A stretch of DNA of 64,000 nt from Candidatus Nezhaarchaeales archaeon (GCA_038887515.1 JAWAKK010000001.1:576001-640000); one strand, 5' to 3'. Shown: positions 9,897 to 19,777, counted from the stretch's first letter. Notes: generated by a model not told the origin, from the letters alone. Numbers and translations are program-made.

Positions 9897-11768
9897 GTGG
9901 TAGCATTGGTTTATGGTTATGCTGGTAAGATACTCTACATAGATCTAACGACCAAAGAAAGCTGGGTCAAAGCTCTCGATGTAGATTACGTCTATCCCGT
10001 AATCGGTGGAGCTGGGCTTGGAATAAAGATACTCATGGACGAGGTCAACCCGAAAGTTGAACCACTATCCCCTGAGAACAAACTGATCTTTGCTGTAGGT
10101 CCACTAACAGGATCCTTAGCCCCCTGTACAAGTAGGATGGCTGTCGTATCTAAATCACCCTTAACAGGCGCAGTTGGAATGTCGCTTAGTGGCGGGTACT
10201 TCCCAGCTGAACTCAAGTTCGCCGGTTATGATGCTATCGTAATATCGGGGAAAGCAGATGGACCGTCGTACATATGGATATACGACGATAAAGTGACCAT
10301 AGGAGATGCATCAGGAATCTGGGGCTTATCGACGACCGATACCCAAATAATATTGAGGGAAAAACTGAATCAACCTGAAGCTAAAGTAGCATGTATAGGA
10401 CCGGCTGGTGAAAGACTAGTACGATACGCATGCATAATAAACGAGAGGAGGGCGGCAGGAAGAAAGGGTCTAGGCGCTGTCATGGGTTCTAAGAACCTTA
10501 AGGCGATAGCTGTGAGGGGGACGAAAAAAGTTGAAGTTGCCGACCAAGAGAAGTTCAGAAAAGCTGTCAAGAGGATGTACGACTTAATGAAGGAAAGCCC
10601 TGTTCTCTACCCCTCTTTCTCGAAGATGGGGACACCTATGACTGTTGAGGTTACGGCCGAGCTTGGAATACTTCCAGCTAAAAACTGGACTGCTACTGGC
10701 CTGTTCGCCCCAGTTGAAACTCTTGGTGGAGAGGCACAAACTTATTACACCATCACCCGTATGGGTTGCTACAATTGTCCCGTAAGGTGCGGACAGGTAA
10801 AGGTTGTTAAAAGCGGTCCCTTCGCCGGCTTTATGACTGAAGGGCCTGAGTTCGAGACCACATATAGCCTTGGAACCATGGTCGGTGTCAGCTACCTGCC
10901 GGCTGTAATAGCTGCCGACAGGCTATGCGACGAATACGGCTTAGATACCATATCCACTGGAGTATGCATAGCTTTTGCGATGGAGCTCGTCGAAAAAGGT
11001 ATACTGTCGGCGGATGAGGTCGACGGTATGGACCTTAGATTCGGCAACTACGAAACCGTGGTAAAGATGATTAGAAAGATAGCCTTCAGAGAAGGGTTTG
11101 GAAACATACTTGCCGAGGGGGTTAAGCGTGCCTCAGAACTCATTGGAAGAGGCTCGGAGAGGTATGCACTTCACGTTAAAGGTCTTGAGCTACCTGGTTA
11201 TGACGTTAGAGGAGCTAAAGCGCACGGCCTAAGTTACGCTACTGCCTATACTGGAGCAGATCACAATAGGGGTTACTCTATACAAGAGATATTCAGTGTC
11301 CCAGTACCTTACAAAGTGGATAGGCTAGCGATAGAAGGTAAAGGAAAGCTTTGCAAGTGGAACCAGGACGTTAGGACTGCCGTCTGCGACTGCATGCCGC
11401 TCTGCGTGTTTCCGTTCGACATGGGGCTCGCAGCCAACGCCTTAGAGCTGATGTCAGAGCTCTACACAGCCTTAACCGGTTTATCCATGACGCCGGAGGA
11501 AGTCCAGAAAACTGGAGAAAGAGTCGTCAACATAGCTAGGGTATTTAACTTTAAGGCTGGCTTTACGAGAGCTGACGACACTCTCCCAGCGAGAGTCATG
11601 AAGGAGGGCATACCTGGAGGGGCATCGAAAGGACAAGTGATAACTCGAGAAGACCTGAATAAGATGCTAGACGAGTATTACGAAGCTCGAGGTTGGGATA
11701 AGGAGAAGGGCATACCAACTAAAGAAAAGATGGTTGAACTTGGCCTACCAATTGAGTGGCTAGCTTGA
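9897..11768 (+). CDS. aor: Tungsten-dependent aldehyde:ferredoxin oxidoreductase family
   Basis: GYAGKILYIDL, KSPLTG, GAVMGSKNLKA, CYNCPVRC, EGPEFET, DEYGLDTIS, YYEARGWD. Confidence 0.93.
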   Translation: MVALVYGYAGKILYIDLTTKESWVKALDVDYVYPVIGGAGLGIKILMDEVNPKVEPLSPENKLIFAVGPLTGSLAPCTSRMAVVSKSPLTGAVGMSLSGGYFPAELKFAGYDAIVISGKADGPSYIWIYDDKVTIGDASGIWGLSTTDTQIILREKLNQPEAKVACIGPAGERLVRYACIINERRAAGRKGLGAVMGSKNLKAIAVRGTKKVEVADQEKFRKAVKRMYDLMKESPVLYPSFSKMGTPMTVEVTAELGILPAKNWTATGLFAPVETLGGEAQTYYTITRMGCYNCPVRCGQVKVVKSGPFAGFMTEGPEFETTYSLGTMVGVSYLPAVIAADRLCDEYGLDTISTGVCIAFAMELVEKGILSADEVDGMDLRFGNYETVVKMIRKIAFREGFGNILAEGVKRASELIGRGSERYALHVKGLELPGYDVRGAKAHGLSYATAYTGADHNRGYSIQEIFSVPVPYKVDRLAIEGKGKLCKWNQDVRTAVCDCMPLCVFPFDMGLAANALELMSELYTALTGLSMTPEEVQKTGERVVNIARVFNFKAGFTRADDTLPARVMKEGIPGGASKGQVITREDLNKMLDEYYEARGWDKEKGIPTKEKMVELGLPIEWLA

Positions 11769-11778
11769 CCTAGATCTC

Positions 11779-12423
11779 CTACTTCTCCTTTTTAATTTCA
11801 TATATGAACGGTAAGATGACGGCTAGGTTCCTCATCTCCTCAACGCAGTGCTGAAACAGTCCCTTAGCCATCTCATAGCTCGCATACTTCGGGTTAAGCC
11901 AGAACCTGCTCCTCATCTCGCATCCTACATCCCTGTCTCTGACGAAGTGAGTCATGAAGCCCGTTTCGACCTCTCCATCTGCTCCTCGAAAGTATATTCG
12001 AGCACAGACCGCAGTAGCTTTTGCTTGCTCGAGCTTAGCTGGATTGAAGTATTGCGAGGGATCCTGAAAGTGTATCCTGAGCTTAGCTACTGGGGGTTTG
12101 CCCCCCAGAGTCTCGTCAACTATGTGGCTTGCTCCAATGTAGCTTCCAGGGCTCCACTTGTCGTCCCACGCACCGTATATGTGGTCAACTGGATGCCAAA
12201 GCTTGTAGACCTCAGTATGCTCCTTAGGAGATAGACCATAAGCGAACCACCACTCAATCATTCTCCTATTGCAGAGAGGCATTCTCGTAAGCACTGCTAC
12301 TAAGTAATAGCCATCAGGTAGACGAACGTACCCGCTCTCTAAAGGCAGGTAGCCGGGCTCTAAAAGTCTACCTATTTCTTCAAGCCGCAACCCAAGACTC
12401 TCCAACAATTCATAGACCTCCAC
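11779..12423 (-). CDS. PhlG / phloretin hydrolase family C-C hydrolase
   Basis: LESGYVRLPDG, MIEWWF, YKLWHPVDH, EMRSRFW, HCVEEMRNLA (Zn ligands) characteristic of DAPG/phloretin hydrolases. Confidence 0.85.
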   Translation of the reverse strand: MEVYELLESLGLRLEEIGRLLEPGYLPLESGYVRLPDGYYLVAVLTRMPLCNRRMIEWWFAYGLSPKEHTEVYKLWHPVDHIYGAWDDKWSPGSYIGASHIVDETLGGKPPVAKLRIHFQDPSQYFNPAKLEQAKATAVCARIYFRGADGEVETGFMTHFVRDRDVGCEMRSRFWLNPKYASYEMAKGLFQHCVEEMRNLAVILPFIYEIKKEK

Positions 12424-12522
12424 AAATTCTAATTACTTTCAACTCCTCGATATTATCATCGTAATCTATTTAAATTTAGCTCGAGTAATTATTTTAACTA
12501 GCAAGCAAACTATATACAACAT

Positions 12523-13881
12523 ATGGTGGAAAAATTGGAGAAGAAAGAAGGCGTTGGGTTAACGAAAGTCCAAGCGATAGCGATAGTGGTCGTTGTCGTC
12601 GTTATTGTTGCGGGCGTTGCCGCCTACTTCTTAACCCTACCTCCACCAGGTCCAGCTGCCCCCGAGTACATAAAGATCGGCTGGCCAGCTCCAATAACTG
12701 GGGGCATAGCAGCCTTTGCTGAGACTACGCCTTGGATGGTCGAGCAAGTTGAAAAGTATGTTAACAACGTTATGGGCGGCGTTTACTTAGCTGAGTACGG
12801 TAAGAAGGTCCCGATAAAGATCATCTTGAGGGATATTAAGAGCGATTCAGATGCTGCTGCTTCAGTTGCTGCTGAGCTAATAACTAGAGAGAACGTAGAC
12901 TTAATGTTGGCCCTATACTCTCCAGCCATGACTAACCCGATAAGCGCCCAATGTGAGAGGTACGGAGTCCCATGTATTGTCTCCCAAACTATAATAGTTT
13001 CGTGGTTAATGGGAGGCCCCTACACTTGGTCATATTGTATTGGGCTAGCAGAACCAGACTACGCTGTACTATTCTTCGACCTCTTCGATACCATTAAAGA
13101 CAAGACAAATAAAGTTGTTGCTCTGATAAATTCTGATGATCCCGACGGTAGAGCTACTGCGGCTGCCTGGAAGGCACAAGCTGAGAAGCGAGGATATACG
13201 ATAGTGGATCTTGGCCTAATACCCTACGGTACGAAAGATTTCAGCACGTACGTGGAAGCATGCAAGAAGGCCGGAGCAGACATACTTACAGGCAACATGA
13301 TTCCCACGGACTTCGCATCATTCTGGAGGCAATGCAACGAGATGAGTTACAAGCCGAAGCTCGTGGCGATGGCTAGGTCCCTCCTGTTCCCATCGTGGGT
13401 AGCTGCTCTAGGCGGCGACTTAGGGAATGGATTAGTCGGATACATTTGGTGGACGCCCTACCATCCATACGAGTCTTCGTTAACGGGACAGACTCCTCAA
13501 GACCTATGCCAAGCTTGGGAGACCTACTCTGGCAAACAGTGGACTCCTGTTTTAGGGATGACTCACGCGGTACTTGAAGTTGCGGTTAAAGCGATCGAGA
13601 AGGCTGGAAGTCTCGATAAGGCCAAGATAAGGGATGCGTTAGCCAACATAGACTTAAACACTATAGTTGGACGCGTCAACTTCAAGGCTCCTCTAACGTC
13701 TAGCCAGCAAGCGAGGTATCAAGCATTTGAGAACATGATTAAATACAAGGATCACTACGTCGTCGTACCACCAGTCGCAATTCAGTGGGTTAAGGTAGGG
13801 GAACGCTGGGATCCAGTAATAATTTACAATTGGGAGAGTCCAGATATCCCTGTTACAGGTAAGCTTTTCTTACTGAACTGA
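12523..13881 (+). CDS. ABC-type solute-binding protein (LivJ/PBP1 family) with N-terminal membrane anchor
   Basis: N-terminal TM helix and Pro-rich linker, IKIGWPAPITG, RDIKSD, AIEKAGSLDKAKIRDAL. Confidence 0.85.
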   Translation: MVEKLEKKEGVGLTKVQAIAIVVVVVVIVAGVAAYFLTLPPPGPAAPEYIKIGWPAPITGGIAAFAETTPWMVEQVEKYVNNVMGGVYLAEYGKKVPIKIILRDIKSDSDAAASVAAELITRENVDLMLALYSPAMTNPISAQCERYGVPCIVSQTIIVSWLMGGPYTWSYCIGLAEPDYAVLFFDLFDTIKDKTNKVVALINSDDPDGRATAAAWKAQAEKRGYTIVDLGLIPYGTKDFSTYVEACKKAGADILTGNMIPTDFASFWRQCNEMSYKPKLVAMARSLLFPSWVAALGGDLGNGLVGYIWWTPYHPYESSLTGQTPQDLCQAWETYSGKQWTPVLGMTHAVLEVAVKAIEKAGSLDKAKIRDALANIDLNTIVGRVNFKAPLTSSQQARYQAFENMIKYKDHYVVVPPVAIQWVKVGERWDPVIIYNWESPDIPVTGKLFLLN

Positions 13882-13899
13882 GAGATTAGGCTGCATCTC

Positions 13900-14516
13900 T
13901 CATCTTACCTTCAACTTTTTTATGTTTTTAATTAAGCTTCTAGAGGAAGTGATCCATCCAAACATGTTACTTATATTCCAGAGAGATGACCTTCTAGCGC
14001 AGTTAGGTCCTATAGCTTCGCAGCAGTCTGATACAACTATTGGCCAGAACTCTCTAAAGAAGGCGTCTCGAACCGTTGATTCCACGCATATGTTTAACGC
14101 TATCCCCACGAAAAAAGAGGTACTTGACCTTAAGCTGTTTGAGTACCTCCTCAAGCTTTGTATTTACGAACCCGCTGTACCTCTGCTTGTTGATTACGAT
14201 GTCTCCTGCTAAAGGTTTAACTTCATCGATTATCTCGGGATTCAGGTCCACCGGCGTCGGATAGATCTTGCGAGTATACGTGCCTGACGTAGATTATCTT
14301 TAACCCTGCCTCCCTCCAAGAAGCTAAAACTCTCTTAACTGGTTCAATTATTCTCCGAAGCCTTGAAATGTCGAATCCCAATATGTCAAACATACCGCCA
14401 TAGCTTAAGAAGGCTTTCTGCATGTCAACAACTATTAAGCAGGACCTCGTTAAATCCACGGTCACAGGGCTTGGTTTTGCCGGAAGCCTAATCAAATTAG
14501 GCATTTTTACCACCAA
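13900..14516 (-). pseudogene. RutB-like isochorismatase/cysteine hydrolase pseudogene
   Basis: Three consecutive frames give LIVVDMQ...DAGGPES / EIIDEVKP...KQRYSGF...YLFF / VGIALNICVESTVRDAFFREF...MFGW. Internal deletion near 14237 and frameshift at the A6 run 14111-14116. Confidence 0.85.
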
Positions 14517-14588
14517 AGCTATTCGATAGAACTTAATCTATCGTATTGAATATAAGCTTGCTGAATCCCTAATTAATGGGGTGTAGCG

Positions 14589-14876
14589 TTGATAACCGTC
14601 AAGGTACGGCCCCTCTTCAACCTAAAGAGAATTATAGGTTCGAGCGAGTTGACGCTGAAGCTGAAAGAGGGATCCACGATAAGAGACTTAATTTATGTGC
14701 TAGTTGAACGCTATGGGGATGAGCTTGAGAAGCTTCTCTTAAAGGGAGGAGATGAAGGCAAAAGGAACATAGCCATTTTTGTTAACGGTAGGCTTATAGA
14801 TTTCATAGATGGCGACGCTACGAGGCTTTCCGACGGCGACGTGGTTTCCATGATACCCCCGGCTGGAGGAGGTTAA
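14589..14876 (+). CDS. MoaD/SAMP ubiquitin-like sulfur carrier
   Basis: Beta-grasp pattern IFVNGR...LSDGDVVSMIPPAGGG with C-terminal GG; near AOR. Confidence 0.9.
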   Translation: MITVKVRPLFNLKRIIGSSELTLKLKEGSTIRDLIYVLVERYGDELEKLLLKGGDEGKRNIAIFVNGRLIDFIDGDATRLSDGDVVSMIPPAGGG

Positions 14877-14972
14877 AAAACTTAAGATCGAGCCAAGGTT
14901 TTAGTCATGGAGCCTACAGGAAACTACTTAAAAACCTCGGGGCATTGACTACTATTTTGGTGTTCTTGGGAA

Positions 14973-16493
14973 TTGCTTAAGCTTAAAGGCGATGTATTTA
15001 AGGATGTTATTGAAAAAGATCGAGACGTATACAAATTTAAGACCTTCTTAGCTGGTGACTGGGTTAGCGGCGAAGAAAGCGTTGAAGTGAGGAGCCCCAT
15101 AGATCTCAGCGTGATAGCTAGAGTTCCAAAGCTGACGTTCGATGAAGCTGAAAGGACCTTGGACGTCGTATATAAAGCTGGTAGGTGGAAGATCAGGGAC
15201 GTGCCGGGGTGGAGAAGGCTTGATATGCTAGAAAGGTTGGCTGACCTAATGGAGGAGTACAGCGAAGACCTCGTAGAGACATTAATAGTCAACACCGGAA
15301 AGACTGGGCCCCAAGCGATTGGTGAAGTAAATGCTTCAATAGATAGGCTTAGAAGAGCCGACTTAGATGCTAGGAAGATATTCGGTGAGTACATACCAGG
15401 CGACTGGGATCAGACAACCATGGAGACGGAGGCAACCATAAGGAGAGAGCCCCTCGGAGTTGTCTTGGCCATTGTGCCTTTCAACTACCCGCTCTTCGAT
15501 TCAGCCGCTAAGTTCGCCTACAGCATTGTGGCTGGAAACGCCGTAATGATAAAGCCTCCATCGGCAGACCCGCTACCAGTCTTACTATTCGCAAGACTAA
15601 TTGAAGAGGCCGGGTTCCCCAAAGAATCCTTTGCTGTCCTAACCCTACCAGGCGGGGAGAGCGGTAGACTCGTAGCAGACGAAAGAATCCACGTAATCAG
15701 CTTTACTGGAAGTAGCGAGACCGGCAAAAAAGTGCTAGCTGCAGCTGGGATAAAGCAGTTCGTAATGGAGCTTGGCGGGGGAGACCCAGCAATAGTCTTA
15801 GAGGACTCCAACCTAGAGCTAGCCGCAGAAAGGATAGCTGCGGGAATATATAGCTACGCTGGACAGAGGTGCGACGCGATAAAGCTCGTCATCGTAGAGG
15901 AGAGCATATACGACGAGTTTAAGAGAAAGTTGGCGAAGGAGCTAGCTAAAGTAGTCGTAGGAGACCCTAGGGATGGCATAACGGTCATGGGCCCGCTGAT
16001 AAGTCCGGATGCTGTAGATAGGATGCTCAATGCAGTTGAAGAAGCAGTAAGTAGGGGAGGAACCGTAGTCTACGGTGGCAGGAGGCTTGGATCGACGTAC
16101 GTGGAGCCGACATTAGTGGAGTTCCTCAATAAGAGTTCCTTAAAGGATTTAAGACTATATAGGGAGGAAGTCTTCGCCCCCGTAGCGTTGATCACGAGCT
16201 TCAAGGAATTGGATGAAGCAGTAGATTTAGCGAATGGTAGAAGGTACGGGTTGGACGTATCCATATTTGGCTTCAACATAGAGAGGCTAAGGAGGCTCAT
16301 TAGGTTCCTCGAGTTTGGAGCCATATACGTAAACGACATGCCTAGGCACGGAGTCGGCTACTACCCCTTCGGAGGTAGAAAGGAATCTGGGATTGGGAGG
16401 GAAGGAATAGGCTACTCGATAGAGTACGTGACGGCCTACAAGACCATAGTCTTCAACTTTAGAGGTATGAGAATTTGGAAGTACGCTGGGTAG
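14973..16493 (+). CDS. gapN: Non-phosphorylating NADP-dependent glyceraldehyde-3-phosphate dehydrogenase
   Basis: ALDH fold; IFGEYIPGDW, PFNYPLFD, MELGGGDP, YAGQRCDAIK typical of archaeal GAPN. Confidence 0.92.
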   Translation: MLKLKGDVFKDVIEKDRDVYKFKTFLAGDWVSGEESVEVRSPIDLSVIARVPKLTFDEAERTLDVVYKAGRWKIRDVPGWRRLDMLERLADLMEEYSEDLVETLIVNTGKTGPQAIGEVNASIDRLRRADLDARKIFGEYIPGDWDQTTMETEATIRREPLGVVLAIVPFNYPLFDSAAKFAYSIVAGNAVMIKPPSADPLPVLLFARLIEEAGFPKESFAVLTLPGGESGRLVADERIHVISFTGSSETGKKVLAAAGIKQFVMELGGGDPAIVLEDSNLELAAERIAAGIYSYAGQRCDAIKLVIVEESIYDEFKRKLAKELAKVVVGDPRDGITVMGPLISPDAVDRMLNAVEEAVSRGGTVVYGGRRLGSTYVEPTLVEFLNKSSLKDLRLYREEVFAPVALITSFKELDEAVDLANGRRYGLDVSIFGFNIERLRRLIRFLEFGAIYVNDMPRHGVGYYPFGGRKESGIGREGIGYSIEYVTAYKTIVFNFRGMRIWKYAG

Positions 16494-16938
16494 GCTCACG
16501 CAATCTCGGTGACGAAAGTCTTTGTCGACCAGTATACGCAGTTGAAGCACGTTAAACCTTAACTTTAAGCTGTAGCCTGCCTTTAGGCGTTGAAGCGGGA
16601 AAGGTCCTCCAAAGCCACTCGTTAACTTTACGTCTCATCTCGACGACAAGCGCCGCTACCGCTAGCCGAGGCTACGAAGTTATTCAGGTCGTCCCAGACC
16701 GCGACTACCACGTTGCTGAGCTCAGCATATCCCACGGCCTTGGGTCTACGGTCAAGACCGCGAGTCGTCGAAGTTAGCCGTCGTACCGTCAACCCCTACG
16801 CCCACATAGGCAGGTCCCTAATCGAGCTTCAACGGCCGACACACCTCATAAGTCCGCAGTAGGTTAATATAGGGTTGCACCATCAAGGTTTAACGGGAAA
16901 CCTAGACGCAACACAATGCTTGTAGGTGCAGCGCTCTT

Positions 16939-17646
16939 ATGGCTAAGAGGAGCTCTTTCTCGCGGGTTATAGACATGCTCCGCGCGTTGAACTGCTTCTA
17001 CAGTTTAAGGGACTTAGAGGAGGTCCTTGACGTCCCCTTCCAGAACCTGTGGAGGTACGTTAACCTGCTGAGCGTCCCAGAGGAGAAAACTATAGAGAAA
17101 ATTATGAGTAGGGTCCGAGAGCTCAAGCTCATCGAGGAAACCATAGGTAGAGTGCTCTCGGACCCAGACGTAGATATATGGAGCCTAGCTAGGGAACCAG
17201 GCTTCCTGAGGCTCTTCTCCCTGGTTATCGAGGAGCTGGCTGAAGGTTTAAAGGTCGACGTCATCGTGCCCCTATCATACTACGCCTTACCTCTAGCGTC
17301 CGTAGTGGCTATGGATCTTGAGACGGCTATTTGCCCGGTAACAACCTATGGTGCTAGGAGCGAGAGGGAGGGGTTCTATACGGCACATTACATTTCCTCG
17401 AGGGATGGAGAGCTACGCATGATAGCTATTCCTAGGAGGAGCCTACACGGAAGGGAGAGAGCGCTACTGATCGACGTGGTAGTGGACGATTTAAACCTCG
17501 TTGAAGCAGTTGTAGGGGTGATAAAGAGAGCTAAGATTGAGGAGCAGCTGTTGGTAGCAATACAGATGGCGAAGGAGGTACGCTTAAAGCTAGAAGAGAG
17601 TAAGCAGGAGCTTCGGATAGTCAAGGTCTTTAAGACTCTACAATAG
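16939..17646 (+). CDS. HTH + phosphoribosyltransferase-like domain protein (PurR-like regulator)
   Basis: N-terminal HTH (YSLRDLEEVLDVPFQNLWRYV) and PRTase-like C-domain with a degenerate PRPP loop (ALLIDVVVDD). Confidence 0.7.
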   Translation: MAKRSSFSRVIDMLRALNCFYSLRDLEEVLDVPFQNLWRYVNLLSVPEEKTIEKIMSRVRELKLIEETIGRVLSDPDVDIWSLAREPGFLRLFSLVIEELAEGLKVDVIVPLSYYALPLASVVAMDLETAICPVTTYGARSEREGFYTAHYISSRDGELRMIAIPRRSLHGRERALLIDVVVDDLNLVEAVVGVIKRAKIEEQLLVAIQMAKEVRLKLEESKQELRIVKVFKTLQ

Positions 17647-17688
17647 AAAGAAATAAGAAAAGGGGAGGAAAACAGTTATTAGGGGTTC

Positions 17689-17748
17689 TTACTTCTTAGC
17701 TTTCTTCTCTTCCTTCTTTTCGGCTTTCTTCTCTTCCTTCTTGCTCAT
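17689..17748 (-). CDS. Putative 19-aa Lys/Glu-rich micropeptide MSKKEEKKAEKKEEKKAKK
   Basis: ATG..TAA ORF with GAGGCGG RBS, upstream TTTTAAG TATA-like box and downstream pyrimidine tract. Confidence 0.5.
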   Translation of the reverse strand: MSKKEEKKAEKKEEKKAKK

Positions 17749-17962
17749 CTTTTCCGCCTCGTCTATTCTCTCTTACATTTAAGAGCTTAAAAGGTTTGTA
17801 CGTTTACGTGGAGATAACGCTTCCTTAAAGCTAGTTGAAGAACTGTATACTACTGATTAGTTACTGAACGTTTTAGACTCGCGAACTGCCATGTAGTTGC
17901 TGTTGCTCCTCCCGCGACGTTAAAATAAAAACTGTCGCCCCTATCCTCTCTGGGGATTTAGG

Positions 17963-19204
17963 TTGAGGATAGCTTTCGTCACCATGGAGTACCCTCCCAA
18001 CGTCTACGGAGGTTTGGGGGTCTACTCTCAGGAGGTAGCAACGCGCCTAGTTAAGCTAGGCCACGAAGTCCACGTCTTCACAATGAATTCAGGGGAGTTA
18101 CCGAGAGAGGCCAACGATGGAGGGGTCTACGTTCATAGGTTTAAGCCGGTAAACGCTGCCTCCTTACTTAAGGTCGTCGTAAACGAGGAGCTGAATAGGT
18201 GGGGGCCCGGCTTTAGGTACTTTAACGACGTCCTGCTTTACAACGTGGAGGCTGCACTCACAATCGTTAAGCCCTTTGAGGGAGGCGAGGGCTACGATGT
18301 CGTAGCAGTCCACGACTGGCTATCGGCGATGGCTGGGCTCATAGTTAAAGATGAGCTAGGGATACCGTTAATCTTCCACGTGCACTCTACCGAGAAGGGA
18401 AGGAACTTTGGTGGAGGATCCGCCACTGTGTCAGCCTTAGAAGTGTTATGTGCCGATAGGGCGGATTCTATAGTTACGGTCTCTAACGCTATGAGGGACG
18501 AGGACTTGATCCCCCAAGGCTTTCCGGCGGGTAAGATACGCGTAGTATGGAACGGCGTTGATCCCCACAAGTTTTCACCTTCAAGGGTCTCAGAGCACGC
18601 AGTTAAGGAAGTTAAGGATAAGTACGCTACAACTAATGGACCCCTAATACTTTTCATCGGTAGGCTCGTTAAGGTCAAGGGTGTAGACAAGCTAATAGAG
18701 GCTATGCCGTACGTGGTAAAAGAATACCCGGAAAGCAGGCTACTTGTGGTAGGTCGGGGGGACCTCTACGACTACCTAGTGCATTTAGCCGGTAAACTCG
18801 GCGTAGCTGGCCGCGTTAGCTTCATTGATAAGTTTCTAGGCGACCAAGAGAAGGTTGTTATCTACGCTGCATGCGATGTAGCTGTCTTCCCCAGCCTGTA
18901 CGAGCCCTTTGGCATAGTAGCCCTAGAGGCCATGTCCATGGAGAGGCCCGTCGTCGTCGGCGCTAGGGGTTGTAGTGGTCTTCGTGAAATAGTTGTTCCA
19001 TCAGGCGCTGGCCAGTGCGGCGTACACGTAAACCCCTACGACCCCAAAGACATAGCTTGGGGTATAACTGCAGTTCTCTCAAGTCAAGACCGTGGTAGGT
19101 GGATGGGCTTGAACGGTAGGAGGAGAGTTCTCGATAGCTTTACGTGGGATCATACTGTTTCAAGGACTTTAAAGGTTTACGAGGAAGTCGCTAAGAAAGC
19201 TTAG
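17963..19204 (+). CDS. GT4 glycosyltransferase, probable glycogen synthase
   Basis: MEYPPNVYGGLG, HDWL, HSTEKGR, PSLYEPFGIVALEAM. Confidence 0.88.
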   Translation: MRIAFVTMEYPPNVYGGLGVYSQEVATRLVKLGHEVHVFTMNSGELPREANDGGVYVHRFKPVNAASLLKVVVNEELNRWGPGFRYFNDVLLYNVEAALTIVKPFEGGEGYDVVAVHDWLSAMAGLIVKDELGIPLIFHVHSTEKGRNFGGGSATVSALEVLCADRADSIVTVSNAMRDEDLIPQGFPAGKIRVVWNGVDPHKFSPSRVSEHAVKEVKDKYATTNGPLILFIGRLVKVKGVDKLIEAMPYVVKEYPESRLLVVGRGDLYDYLVHLAGKLGVAGRVSFIDKFLGDQEKVVIYAACDVAVFPSLYEPFGIVALEAMSMERPVVVGARGCSGLREIVVPSGAGQCGVHVNPYDPKDIAWGITAVLSSQDRGRWMGLNGRRRVLDSFTWDHTVSRTLKVYEEVAKKA

Positions 19205-19426
19205 CTACACGAAGTTGACAGCATTATAAGAATCTACCCTATTGTTTATCAGACCGTAGGCTAAGGTCGTCTAGCCAAAGTTCTCTTAATTTAAAATGGT
19301 CAACGTCTAGGCGAAACCCATAAATCAGCGGAATCGCTCGCTCGAACATTCTAGAAGGTGATACCGGCTATAGCATTGAGGACGCGGAACAAGAGTGTGC
19401 TTTAAACTTCGCGTATAAAGCTACGT

Positions 19427-19759
19427 TTAAATTAGCGATACGTCGACTGCTAGTTGCGAGTCAAGTCTCTTCAATTCTAGCTTTTTGAGAGGTCTTTCAG
19501 AGATGTTGTTTAACGGCTCGCCGCTCTTAACATTGAACTTTGCGTAGTGAAAGCCACACGTCAAAGTATGTCCTTCTAACGATCCGAGAAATAGCGGGTA
19601 GTCCATGTGAGGACATCGATTATCGTAAGCGTAGAAGTCGTTTTCAAGTCTTATTATTAGGATTTCGAGGTTCCCCATCTTTACTAGCTTCATCCCGTTC
19701 CTAGGCACTTCGTCGACCCTACATAGCTCGACAAGTTTACCGCTCATACTTCCCTTCAC
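19427..19759 (-). CDS. Rieske-type [2Fe-2S] ferredoxin
   Basis: CPH...CGFH Rieske ligands. Confidence 0.88.
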   Translation of the reverse strand: MKGSMSGKLVELCRVDEVPRNGMKLVKMGNLEILIIRLENDFYAYDNRCPHMDYPLFLGSLEGHTLTCGFHYAKFNVKSGEPLNNISERPLKKLELKRLDSQLAVDVSLI

Positions 19760-19777
19760 AAAAAAGAGGTTAAGAGT

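Noticed and set aside
16494-16938. GC-richer spacer between gapN and the HTH-PRTase gene that looks like decayed coding sequence on the minus strand
   Set aside because: All frames contain stops and I could not assign any family; not called as a pseudogene
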